DNA of 64,000 nt from Gnetum montanum (lineage: Eukaryota; Plantae; Gnetophyta), in the NCBI GenBank assembly GCA_015680685.1, contig MNCI01001077.1, forward strand, positions 439,627 to 503,626. Direction: 5' to 3'. The notes under the pieces are model-generated. The model saw only the letters and a program-made list of their open reading frames with translations, did no database searches and had not been told where the DNA came from. A program made the translations under genes and the position numbers. This document shows, piece after piece, positions 38,249 through 50,920 of the stretch (position 1 is the stretch's first letter; each line of letters starts with the position of its first letter).

Positions 38249-39462
38249 GTAAGAGAAGAGCTAGAAAGTCTAAGAGTTCACCGTTTCAAAGAAATAGGAT
38301 GGAAAATCCTTGGCAAGGAGTTACACCATTAGGATTTCAAAATTACAATGATATTCCTAAGGTAGTTTACAAATATTTGCCTGAGCCTTTCATTCCTGGA
38401 AAAGCTTATTTAGCTGAAGAATATATTCACATGTTTGAGTTAGCTTTAGCTCATGCAAATATTCAACATCAAGATCAAGCTTGTAGGTTGTTTGTATCAA
38501 ATCTAAAGGATATGGCTCAGATTTGGTATTCAAACTTACCAAGTAATAGTATTACAAGTTGGGATGACATGAAGAATCTTTTCTTAGCCCAGTTTGGTAA
38601 TCAATTAGATCAACAACAACTATACTGTGGGCTGATACAAGCTAAGCAAGGAGTTAAAGAGTCAATTAGAGATTTCAACATTAAGTTTCAACGAATTTGT
38701 GGACTCTTTCAAAGGCAATATAGGCCATCAGAAGAAATGCTTAAAGAAACTTATCTTAAGGCTGTCAACCCCAACATTTCAATTTGGTTAAGGAGAACTC
38801 CAAACTTAACTACACTAAATGACTACTTTAGTGAAGCTATACAGTTAGAAAAATAGTTGAACTTGAATCCTGAAGAAAATATTGCAATTCAAAAAAGAGA
38901 AGAAAGAGTTATGATTCCTATGCAAGATTTTGCTCAATTTAAAGCTTTACCAGGTCCATCTCATGTTAAGATAGAGCAAGAACATGAAAGAGTAGGATCT
39001 GAAAAAGGACAATTAATGAGAGATATGTCTAACAAAATAGTGAAGCTTGAAAAAGCATTGGCAAGAGTTAATATCAAGGAAGAAAGGAAAAATAGAAAGC
39101 ATAAACATCAAGACACTAAGTTAGTAGAAGATGAGGATGAAAGTGATCTTATTATGTCCAACTTTCTTGATATTGAATCTGATAATGAGTTATCAAGTGT
39201 TTATTATGCAAGTTAATCTTCAAGCAATGGATCAAGCGATACTTCTTCTCTATCAAGTTCTGAAGAAGATATGTCATCAGATGAAGAGTGTAATAACAAT
39301 GAGGAAAATGGATATAGTCTTCGATCAAAGGAAAGACTAACTACTTCTAGACCCCCAAATGTTATTACTGATCCATCTACTAAGAGAAAAGATTTTGAGC
39401 CAAGTAGAAAGGATAAGCATAAAGGTAAAGACAATCAAGTGGAGCAAAGCACTCCAAATTAG
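38249..39462 (+). pseudogene. gag: gag-like ORF of F
   Basis: CRLFVSNLKDMAQIWYSNLPSNSITSWDDMKNLFL...QGVKESIRDFNIKF, Retrotrans_gag-like; in-frame stops at 38854 and 39214. Confidence 0.85.
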
Positions 39463-40554
39463 CCTTTTCATAAATGGATAAAGAGATCAAGCTTTATTGG
39501 CAATGGAGAATATGATTTGATTGAAGACCTTAAATNNNNNNNNNNNNNNNNNNNNNNNNNNNNNNNNNNNNNNNNNNNNNNNNNNNNNNNNGACTTACCT
39601 TAAGGCTGTCAACCCCAACATTTCGATTTGGTTAAGGAGAACTCCAAACATGACTATACTAAATGACTACTTCAGTGAAGCTATACAGTTAGANNNNNNN
39701 NNNNNNNNNNNNNNNNNNNNNNNNNNNNNNNNNNNNNNNNNNNNNNNNNNNNNNNNNNNNNNNNNNNNNNNNNNNNNNNNNNNNNNNNNNNNNNNNNNNN
39801 NNNNNNNNNNNNNNNNNNNNNNNNNNNNNNNNNNNNNNNNNNNNNNNNNNNNNNNNNNNNNNNNNNNNNNNNNNNNNNNNNNNNNNNNNNNNNNNNNNNN
39901 NNNNNNNNNNNNNNNNNNNNNNNNNNNNNNNNNNNNNNNNNNNNNNNNNNNNNNNNNNNNNNNNNNNNNNNNNNNNNNNNNNNNNNNNNNNNNNNNNNNN
40001 NNNNNNNNNNNNNNNNNNNNNNNNNNNNNNNNNNNNNNNNNNNNNNNNNNNNNNNNNNNNNNNNNNNNNNNNNNNNNNNNNNNNNNNNNNNNNNNNNNNN
40101 NNNNNNNNNNNNNNNNNNNNNNNNNNNNNNNNNNNNNNNNNNNNNNNNNNNNNNNNNNNNNNNNNNNNNNNNNNNNNNNNNNNNNNNNNNNNNNNNNNNN
40201 NNNNNNNNNNNNNNNNNNNNNNNNNNNNNNNNNNNNNNNNNNNNNNNNNNNNNNNNNTTTCTTCACCTTGAAGTCTACCATGTTGATTAAGACAAGCTTT
40301 TGGCTAATTGGTTCGCATCCACAAAGGCATGGTTGAATGTCCCAAAAATGTTAGAGGCCTTGTCCAACTTGCATCCTTGAACCAACCAATCCACAAAAGT
40401 TGCAGAACCAAATTCCAGGGACCATGTTTCCCATATGCAAAAATCACACCATGCCATATTGCCAAGTAGAAGAATAAAATATTCAAGAAAGAAGGAATCA
40501 TTCCAATTCTTGACATGAGTATAACGATACAAGAAGTTCCTGGTAAAGAAATTG

Positions 40555-43403
40555 TGTTGTGTTACCACCTTCACTTAAGTTTTTAGGTGTGGTAGCTGCA
40601 CCTGCAATGAATATCCCTCCTCGGTACCAAAGCCAGATTTTCATTTTAATACGGTTCTTGAATGACCAGACACATGAGTTTTGCGTGAATAACAAAAAGC
40701 AGAAATCTTCCCCATTCATTTGGTGTACAGCGTCATATGGTTCATTTGATAGGTCGTTCACACCTACCTATCTCTACAACAACAACAAACATCATCAATA
40801 ACAGTCCCAGGAGCCGTTCTCTTCCACACGTCTTATTCTGCTGCTGAAAATTGAAATGAAATTGGAGATGAAGATGATGGTGATTTGGCCAGTGTTGCGT
40901 ATGTGGATGGATCGCTGTGGATGGATCACTGCGTGCCGCATCATTCCTGCTTCAAGGAAACGACGGTGGAATTTCTTGTTGGGAAGAAGAAAAATGAAGA
41001 AGAAGTACAAAGGGCCAAACAACAGCACCAACACCTGTATCAATGTCAAAACCAGTGAAGGAGGACTGCACGCGCAGAAGATGCAGAGCAGCGGCACCAG
41101 CATGACACACAGTCGCGGTGGTCAGAACAGGGGGCCTCCGAAACAGCACTGAGAACAGAAAATATGGCCAAAAATAAAAATGATGATGAAATGCCTGTAA
41201 CAGAAAATGAAATGCCTGTAACAGAAAATGAAATGCCTGCAACAGAAAACGACCAAGACAAAGATGCAGAGAATAGGCGGAAAGAGCAGCAGTGGCAGAA
41301 GTAAGGAATGGGCAGAAAGAAGAAGGGTCTAGCCAAAAATGTTTCGAATCCGGCCACTAAACTTACGAATGCAAAAATGAAAGGATTTACATGTCACGGC
41401 CCTCACGTTCTTAGCAGCTCCGAAACCCTCCACTGAAACCCTCGGCTACGGCAAAACCTCTTCTCACGGTGGCAGTTCTTGGCCGTTATAGCCAAACAGA
41501 AAGATGACAAAACAGGAAGAGGTTTGGCAGTAGCCACAACCACAAAACAGGCCGTTTATAAGCTAAACATTGGACATAATATTTCACTCGTTTTTACTTC
41601 TACCAAACCTTTTTAATCAAATTTAATTTAATTTTTGTTTTTGCTTTGTTTAAAAAAGAAGTAAAGGGTATATTGTCATTATTTCAAAAGGAAAGAGAAG
41701 TTATAAGGTAGTTATTCAATATTATATGGAACAAGTGTCCTTTACAATTTTTAAATATCATGGTGGTGATAACTTCCCCTTGGTGGTTACAACTAAATTT
41801 CAATTTCCCATGGTACTTATAACCACCAAATAGGACACTTAGGAACCATAGCTTTTTTTATAGTGGTAATTTTTTGTGAAAATTATAACTTCTTAGCCTT
41901 AATCCTATGATGTTTATAACTACCACCAAAGACACTTGTCAACTACAACCTCTTTTTCTCCAAAATGGGCCACTTGTCAATTAAAAAGGCCACTTGCCAA
42001 CCACCAAGGACACGTGTCAGCTGCAACTTGTTTCTCTCCATGGTGACCACTTGGCAACTAAATGAAGACACTTGGCGACTGAATGAAGACACTTCGCAAT
42101 TGAATAGGACACTTTTCCATTGTAAATTTTTTGTCTCCATGGTGGTTAAAACCACCCAAGATATTTCGTAACTTACCTAACCACCTTTGAGCCCTATAAA
42201 AAGGCTTCAGGGGTCAAGAGGGAAGACATCACATCAAGGAGCATCATCATCATCCTTGGAAGATTTGTAAAGAAGATTGTTTGCAAGATGGCTTGCTAGA
42301 ATAAAGATTTCAGCCTCTTTGTCATGGTCCTGTGAGTTATGCATTTCATTTTTTGTTTTGTTTAAATTGCTTAGCTAGTGGTTTAGGTAGTATCATTCTT
42401 GGCAAGTAATTTTGGGATTTTTAGATTGCTCTTATTGTTCTTGTTGCCCAATAGGAATTTCTGTTAAAATTTTGCCATAGAAGCGCTAGTGATTAAAAGC
42501 CTTGAGAGCATTTTAGTAGTAAATTTCGTTATTGTGCAACGTTTGGGACTGCTATTGGATTGTTGGAAGAGAGCCTCTGTTTGTAGTCATGCCGTGGAAC
42601 AATTTGGTAGTCGAGAGGGTTCAGAAAATCTTTGGTATTTTGATGGGACCAGAATAGCTTCTTTATCTTTAAAGTGATTTTCCGTGTTATTTCAATCAGA
42701 AATTGTCAAGTCTTTTAAAGGTTTTGTTTGAATGCAATCGTTGACATCTATTGTCTAGCCAAAGTGGAGTCTCGTACATGGTAGTTTACGCAGCGATTTT
42801 TGGTAGCACAGTAGGATTGTCTAAAAGATATTGCTTGGTTGAGCCTTGGAAGTTTGATCAATTCATAGATATTGAATTTGGGATAGCTTTATTGCGAAGT
42901 GTTTACTCGTGTCATTTTATCTTGTTTAAATATTTGAGGTTCACACAAATCTGCTTTCTTTTCTTTTCTATCTATTTCCATTGAATCTTGCTCTATTTCT
43001 AGTTTTCTTGTGGAACTATACCTCTTTCTCTAGGGAACATTAGGAGTAGATTTGTGGAGTTGTGCTCAAATGTTTATGCAAAATTTTATTTGTTACAAGT
43101 AGGTATTATAGGGACCGCGTAGACTAGGTAGTTTGAACAAAATAGGAAATTTACAACAACTCACAGTACTTGATAAAGTTGGCTGAATCCCTTTAAGTAA
43201 GTCATTGTTAGTTTATACACAACATATACAACGCAATCGTTACATTGCACACAACCGCACGCCGCAACAGCACACACACATACTCACATTAACTACTGAG
43301 TTATTTGGAGGTATCTGGGCCTTGGTGTAGCCAAAGACCAGCGGGCACCTAAATCCTGTTCGAGGACACTCGTTGGCGGTCGCGTCCCAAACGGTCGCCA
43401 ACA
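40555..43403 (+). repeat. 3' LTR of F (~2.8 kb; start uncertain)
   Basis: Duplicates the 5' copy; TATA cctataaaa at ~42193; 21-bp repeats at 41187-41250 and 42045-42115; start guessed from TGTTG, which mirrors the terminal CAACA. Confidence 0.65.
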
Positions 43404-46400
43404 GGGGCCATTTCATCCAAATTCGGGCCCCCTGTGTCTTTATTTGTCACCCCTGTTCTAAGGGCCAACACTTCCTCATCACCTTCTTCTTCTGCTTCCC
43501 ACAAATGGTATACAGACAATAAATTGAAGTTGATTAACTCAAAACTAATACCATGCCACAAAGCACCACTTAGCTAAGCATGGAATAGCTAGCACTCTAA
43601 ATGCTCACCAATGGGGGGTTGTGTTCATCACAACGTGAACCACAATCTTCACTTCTCTTCATGAGGGCTTTCCCTAGCACGGGGAGGTCTCTTTCTCTAC
43701 AACTCTGTAGGCACGGCCTCAGCCATAAGACGATCACCCTGGGTCATGTTGCTGAGTATGGCAAGGGAAGTCTCCCCTATGCTGTCATGGCCACAAGCAC
43801 TACAAACCGTAAGATCTTTAGTAGTTACAGAAAATGAATCCCTGACCATCTCTAGGGGAGGCTAGGCTTGCATGGTCCAAAAGACATGTCGAATCCATAG
43901 CTTGGGAATCTGGTCACAGTCCAGCTCGGACTAGAACCCATCCTCCTAGACCACCAGGAACTCCATGAAGCACTTTAAATAGCCAATGTAGAAGGTGTAG
44001 TGTATGTTAGAGTGGGACTTCATTTGCTCACGGACCCCCAAAATCTTACCCTCCAAGCCACTACAAAGGAATTCGACCCAGTTATAACAGGCCCCTTCCT
44101 CCATGATTTCCTACATTACCCAAGCCTGCTCAAGCCCCATGACCTTTCCTTGGGTGAGTAGTTGAGGGAATGCACGAGCACGAAAGACCAATTATATCCC
44201 CATGGCAGGACCATCCTTAAGATTTTCCATAGGGAACCCTTTCCACTGCTTGGTGAGCCTCATCCACTCCTCAATATGCTACTTATGGAGAAGCAACTCT
44301 TGCTTTCCCTTTGACATCACATCAGCACCATCAGTAGCAACACCAAACAAATTTGCAAATATCTGGTCATTGATGTCAATGACCACCTGCACACCCTGCA
44401 TGTATGTGCAAAAGTGACTTACCTACCCAGAAAAGGAATTTACTAGGGAAAGCATCTCGGTAGTAGGAGCACCCAGATTCGGTGCCATAAACAAATCCAT
44501 AAGCCTGGCCATCTGGATTCTTCTAAGCAAGGGGCTCGGAGCTCCTCATTCTAACGAGTTCTGGCTTGCTGATACCTCACCATATTTAAAGTAGATGTTT
44601 CCCCCTTACCTTTTGGAATTCACCACCATCACTTCACAGGGCTTCCTTGCTCCTACAGTAATAATCACAAAACATACCTAAACAAAAAACAAAAAATGAC
44701 ACCCGCTTGTTAACCCACCGGGCCTATACGATGAAGGATATAGTGGGAGTTCAGCTTCTAAGACTGCTTCGAGCGTAACTTGCTTAAAAGGTTCTCTCCA
44801 CTCCTTGTCTAGCCAACCCTTCATCCTGAAATTACTGTAGAAAGATGTGAGTGTGCATAGGTGGGAACAGTATCCTTCCCCGCAATGAGTAATCATGCCC
44901 GCTCATAGGCTCTTGGCAGAGGCAAATTCCTGTAGGGATAGTTGTGCTATGGCCAATTCACCTGGCTGATCATGAATCCTATTGTTATTAAGATAGAACC
45001 TAGTGAGAAGTGCATGCTATTAACACTTGTCCGAGCATAGCCAATGTCGCACAACAAAATAAATACGTGAAACTCACCCATCAATATAGTAAACGGTCCC
45101 CTGTGGGTTCAGAAAGTACGTCACCATAAGGTGCATGAGATACAATGTGTTATAGGGATGATAACATTGGTATTCTGGCATATCCTAGATCTATGCCAAG
45201 TGCCTCAACCCTATGGAGTGTTGGGTAGAACCTCCTCCCAACCTACCTATAGTCGCATCATCAAAAAGATATCTCACGATGCCTCGACTTTTCCCTAGCA
45301 GCAAAGCCTCTATTATGCTGGATGGTCGCGTCTCATCCGAGAAGGACCAAACCATGAGACTAAACTAGCTGAGGAGGAATTGCAAGAAGTCTCGTACCCC
45401 ATCCCTAAACGAAACCGCTTGATCTTCCAAACATATTGAGGGAGGGGGAGCATTGGCCATAGGTCTACCTACATGACACAAGACTCCTTCTAGATTCAAA
45501 ATGATCAATCTAGACCTTGGTCCTACACTACATGATGGAAATAGTAGATAGTGACATCAAATATGAACATAATACGTGTGCAACGTAGCAGCACCTAGCC
45601 AACCATAAGTGTAGCATAGCATAATCCCTATTCATCATAACATAAAAAAGATGAAAAAGCCTAGCATAGCAAGAACATGCAAGTAACTTGGCATAGCAAT
45701 AAGATAACTAATATCAGGCCAAAACAAAATACACACCTACATCATACGTAACTAAACCCCCTCCCGAAGGTTTCATGGTTTAGCAGTTTAAAGGACCCTG
45801 GTCTTGCAGCTGTGGTAACAGCCACGGTAGTAATGGCCTTGACTGTAACCAAAATGAGATCCTTGCACAATAGCGATGACCAAAAGAAAGCGATACCACA
45901 ACAGCACCAAAGCCAAAATGATGTAGCTATAGAAAATACCAATAGCAAAACAAATGAGACATAAAACCAGAGTAGAAGAGGGTAGAAGGTGTAAGAGAAA
46001 AGGAATGAAAGCGACATGAAAACTCACTGGGTCAATAGTGTGCCCTCTCGTGCTAGAACGTGTGCTCGCATCCCACGTGTCAAAGCCTTCTTTAGCTCCC
46101 TGATGTTCATGAGCACCAACTAAGTCTTAGGAGCCATAGCCTTGCTAGTAGATTTACGACCTTCACCTTAGAAATTCACCTCGATGTGGATTCACACAGT
46201 GACTCCACACCCCAAAATCGTCGAAGTGCTTCGACAAGGATTATGTGCTTCTAGGGTGAAAACAATGAAATTACTAGGATTCAAACCCTATTTGTGGCAT
46301 TAATAGAAAAATGGAAAAACTTCCTTTCTCTCTCTCCGATTAAGGTAGGGTGCGGCGTGCGGCGTAGCATGCTTACCACAACATCACGACACTATTAGCA

Positions 46401-46993
46401 TTTAAACCTCGGCACGCTTTAAGTTAGTTAATCGCCTTCTCAAAAATAAAAATAATATGATAATATTTGTTTTTGATTAAAGGTCCGAAAAGAGCTTAAG
46501 CTAACAAACCTACCATGATTACGTTCATTAAGGCTCAAAGATAGCAATTTCAACTAGTAATAGCCGCAGTCTGCAATGACGTCAAATGAAGTAATTACAC
46601 TTCTTATATTAGCAATCACTTGGTGCACCTGGACATAAGGGTAGCATATTCCCTAACATTTTCATGCCTTCATTCCCGCATTGGCTGCCCGATACTTCTC
46701 GTACTCACAATTCCATCTCTTTTATCGTTATTTAGCGTAGAAAGACTTTGCATGTCACAATATGGAAACCCAAAATGACAATTAAACTAGTGGTTTGGCA
46801 TCCATATATAACTTCACACTTTACATCAACAATTTCTATGTCTTCAACTATCCTAGATCCCTATGCCTAGGTGGTACACCACGGCCCTAAGTAAGCAAAC
46901 TCTCAATCTTTACATCATCTTATTTAGCAAGTTGCATCTCGGCGTTGCTTTGCAAATTTACGTTCCTCACAATCTCTACTGATCCTTACCCAG

Positions 46994-49900
46994 GCTCTCA
47001 TCTTGTGATGCTAGGTTAAGAAAGAAATGGAAACCCACCATGCCCTATCCACACCTCTAATATTAACAGGGCCACAAGGCAATCTTGCAAGATAGTTAAA
47101 CCCTAACGTGATCAACTAGGAGTCGGTTGCGATTAATACTATAGCAACTTTAGAAGCATCCCCGGATTTGCCCAAACACCTGGTCCATGTCTTAGATTTG
47201 GAGGCCGGGGATGTAACCAACGATCCACTCATCGAGATACCCATAACCACTACAAGAAGGGAGGTAAAGACATTAAGACCTAGCTCTCTCCTAGACGCAC
47301 AAATACATGAGGGAATAGTTAAAACCTTGCAAGAACACGTTGATGTCTTCGCATGGTCATATGCAAATATGTTGGGTCTAGATCCATGGCTGATTTAGCA
47401 TAATATCATCCTAGACCCCCACGTGAAGGTAGTCAAGTAAAAGGCATGTAAAATCAAGCTAGAAATCATGCTAGCCATGATGGATGAAATCACTAAGTTA
47501 TACTGAGTAGGCTTCATCCGCGTAGTCGACTATTCAGAGTGGGTGTCGAACATCGTTGTGGTTTCGAAGAAAATAGTAGGGATATGAATGTGTATAGATT
47601 TCCAAGATTTGAACAAGGCAACGATCAAGGATAACTTTCCACTACCAAACATCGATCAACTCATCAACCCCACGACTGGGCATGCTTTGCTATCCTTCAT
47701 GGATGGCTTCTCCAGATACAACCAAATCCGCATCAACCCAGAACATCCAAATCCGCATCAACAACCTTCATGAATCCATGGGGAACCTTTTAATATACCA
47801 TGATGCCCTTTGGGCTCAAAAAGGCTAGGGCAACATACCAGCGAGCCATGATGTACATTTTTAGTAACCACATCCTAGAAACGTTAAATGATTACGTGGA
47901 TGATATAGCGGTTAAGTCCAAAGAGGCAGTCCATCACCCGTGCGACCTAGAGTTAGTCCTAAAGTTCTGTCAAAGGCATAATTTGCATTTTAATCCTAAG
48001 AAATGCATCTTCGTATTAAAGATTGGATGCATGTTAGGGTTTCTAGTATCGGAGGTTGGAATATGGGTGGACCCAGACAAAGTCAAAGCTATCATCAACC
48101 TAGTGCCTCCCACAAACCTAAAAGAGTTACATGGTCTATAAGGTAGAGTGCAATTCATTCGAAGGTTCATAGCAAGACTGACTGATAAGTTACACCCCAT
48201 GCAACATCTTCTAAGAAAAGGGGTTGACTTCAAGTGGATAGTCCAATGTCAACAAGCCTTCAACAACCTGAAGAAAGAACTCTCGCACCAACCAACAGTG
48301 TACCCACCATAGAGGGACAATCCTTTCATCATATACCTTACCACCTCAGATGCATCCATAGTGTCACTGCTATGTCAAAAGTGGGATGATGGCTCTGAGA
48401 TACCAGTGTATTATCTAAGCCACACATTAATATCATATGAGGAAAATTACAACGAGGTGGAAAGAAATTACCTAGCCTTAGTGTTCATGCTAAAAAGGTG
48501 AAAGCACTACTTATTCCGTACTACAACCAACATCATTTGCTAAAGCAATGTACTCCAGGCTATCATTGGAAACCTATACAAAAGCAGCAGGATAGCCTGA
48601 TGGAAGGCCATAACTGCAGAATTTGATCTACACTATGTGAGCCAATCGTCGAAGAAAGGCCAAGCCATAGCAACCCAAATTATGGCTCGCCAGTTGAAGA
48701 CCAGACAATCATCAATTCAAAGTTCCTAGATGAATATGTAAGAAATTTCTCATCGTCCCACTGCATTTCGAGGAAACCTTACACTTTGATGGCATATCAA
48801 CCATGCAAGGAGGTAGCACTGCTACCATAATCACATTCCTCTCTAGGGAAATGTACCCATCTTCTTATCGCTTCACATTCTCATGCACTAACAACATGGT
48901 GGAGTATGAGGGGCTACTCAGAGGCTTCTTAACTACCCGTGCACTGCATGTACAACACCTGGCGATCCGGGGAGATTCACAACTAGTTGTGAATCAAATC
49001 ACCAAAGTTTACACCTGCAAGGCTACACATATGCAACCCTACTGTGACCTAGCAAAGGTTTTACTGAAACAATTCATGACCACTGATCTGCAACATGTGC
49101 CATGCAGCGAGAACGACATAGCAGATTCCTTAGCTACCCTCGCATTAAACATCCCATTGCATTCCTTTGTGAACCTACCAACTGTGATCATAGAATGCAT
49201 AGGACCTATCACTGGAGTAGAACACATGTTGTCTATTGATGCTGCGAACACCCTGGAATGGTACGATAACATTAAAGCATATTTATGGCATGGCTAACTC
49301 CTAGGTGGATTGACATCTAGCCAGAGAGATGCAATCCGTAAGTGTGTCTGACAATACGTGCTCATAGGAAGTGATGCTCTATGTCGGCGGTCCTACGATT
49401 GGATATTGCTAACGTACATGGGTGGTGAGCAAGCACAGAAGGTAGTTAATGAGGTTCATGAAGGCCTATGCGGTGGACAGATCACATGCCAAGGGTATTA
49501 TTGGCCTTACATGGAGTGCGGTTGCCTATTGAAAGTCAAGACATGTGACACATGTCAGAGATATGCAAATCTCATACACATAGCGCCTACAAACCTACAC
49601 CCTACACAAATTACGTGGCCTTTCCAATGATGGGGACTAGACCTCATAGGGCCCATCCCACCTAAGTCTTCTGTAGGGCATAGCTTCATTATCACCACCA
49701 TAGAGTATTTTACTAAGTGGGTGGAAGCTATTCCTCTGAGGAAAACAACATCCCAGCAAATCTGCCAGTTCGTCCTCAATAACATCATGACTAGGTTTGG
49801 GCTTCTGATGACTATTATGACTGAAAATGGACCACAGTTCAGCAGTAAGGAAACCTGGGCCTTCTGTAGAAACCTGGGCATTAAACAATCATTTTCTTCT

Positions 49901-50473
49901 CTTTACTATCCATAGGTGAATGGATAGGCGGAGGCTACAAAAAAGTCCATCATCAACTTACTGAAGCGGATGCTTAGCAACTGCAAGAGTTGGTGGCATG
50001 AATAAATACTTTATGTCCTCTGGGCTTATTGAATGACTTGCAGAACCGTGACAAGTAAGACCCCTTATAGTCTCATTTACAGATCTGATGCTGTGTTACC
50101 TCTTAAGTTATAGGTACCCTCACTCTGGATGATCCTATCCAACATTGTGAGCAAAGCCCAAAACAACGAATCATGGGCCATCAACCTCGACTCAGTGGAG
50201 GAGGAACACATGCAGACACTAGGACGGATCGAGCACTATCAGGACAAACAATGGCAAAAGCTCCATGCAGACCTACATCAATGGCTAGTGCAGAAGGGAG
50301 ATCTCATCCTCAAGACCATCTGTAAGCATGTGAGTAAATTCTTAGCCAACTAGGAAGGGCCTTATGTCGTCGCTAAAGCCTTCAGCAATGGAGCTTACAA
50401 ACTAGCAGACATGGACGGCAATGAATTCACCAACCTGGTGAACCACATGTACCTCAAGCCATACTATGTCTAA
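46994..50473 (+). pseudogene. pol: pol of B (RT, RH, aRH, INT)
   Basis: CIDFQDLN, SFMDGFSRYNQI, MPFGLKK, YVDDI; FDG..NNMVEYEG..GDSQLVVNQ..NDIADSLA (aRH); WGLDLIGP, TENGPQF, EGPY; ends YLKPYYV*. Confidence 0.93.
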
Positions 50474-50479
50474 GGAATA

Positions 50480-50920
50480 ATGATAGCACTAAGCACCACC
50501 GTTTGCTACAACGATAAAATGGTAGCCACGCCAAGTAGCATCCGCAATGACAATAAACTAGCAGCACTGAACACCATCTGCTACGATGATAAACTAGCAA
50601 CCGCGTTGGGCAACGTCCACAATGACGATAAACTAGTAGCACCAAACATCATCTGCTACGATGATAAACTGGTAGCTATGCCAGGTAGTGTCTGCAATGA
50701 TGATAAACTAGTAGCACCAAATAGCATCCACTACGATGATAAACTAGTAGCAACTATCCGGGACGACATAAAACTAGCACTGTTAGTCCACTATGACTAT
50801 AAACTAGCATCACGCATCCACCATGATGTAAAACTAGCGTGTACGGTCCGTTGGGATCTCAAACAAGCATAGTGGTCTGCTGGGATCCTAAACCAACACC
50901 CGGTCTACCAAGACCTTAAA
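50480..50920 (+). repeat. ~39-bp tandem array in B's 3'UTR
   Basis: About 10 units with core GATAAACTAG; gives the repetitive ORF (Y/N)DDKLVA at 50480-50872. Confidence 0.85.

Larger units (their letters stand above)
35852..43403 (+). mobile_element. Element F: younger, unrelated gypsy-like LTR element with long LTRs; only gag visible; gapped assembly
   Basis: 35852-37523 is near-identical to 40635-42353; ends ...cgccaaCA at 43403, then GGGGC, where B's antisense frame resumes; gag lies between the LTRs. Left boundary is in a gap. Confidence 0.8.
34110..46137 (-). pseudogene. Antisense multi-exon accessory gene of B (FCP1/NIF-like + accessory domain), split by element F
   Basis: Starts MAPK (46137); RLIILNLEGVLCHV...FRDGVRDFLQFLLS*FSLMVWS...YHPYNTLYL..FLNPQG (45075-45530); IYFKYGEV...IFANLFGV (~44300-44600); donors GTGAG at ~45077, 43608, 35445, 35237, in the same positions as in A and C. 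Confidence 0.75.

Noticed and set aside
39592-39693. Second copy of a gag segment (resembles 38749-38850)
   Set aside because: A ~100-bp island between gaps, most likely a misplaced paralogous contig.
37447-40336. Long ORFs (204-469 aa) in the ORF track
   Set aside because: Mostly translation through N gaps; only the gag part from 38249 is real.
50480-50920. Repeat-spacer appearance resembling a CRISPR array (also 331-740 and 8440-9640)
   Set aside because: Cores are short and degenerate, the 3'UTR 'spacers' are homologous to each other, there are no cas genes, and the context is a eukaryotic retrotransposon.
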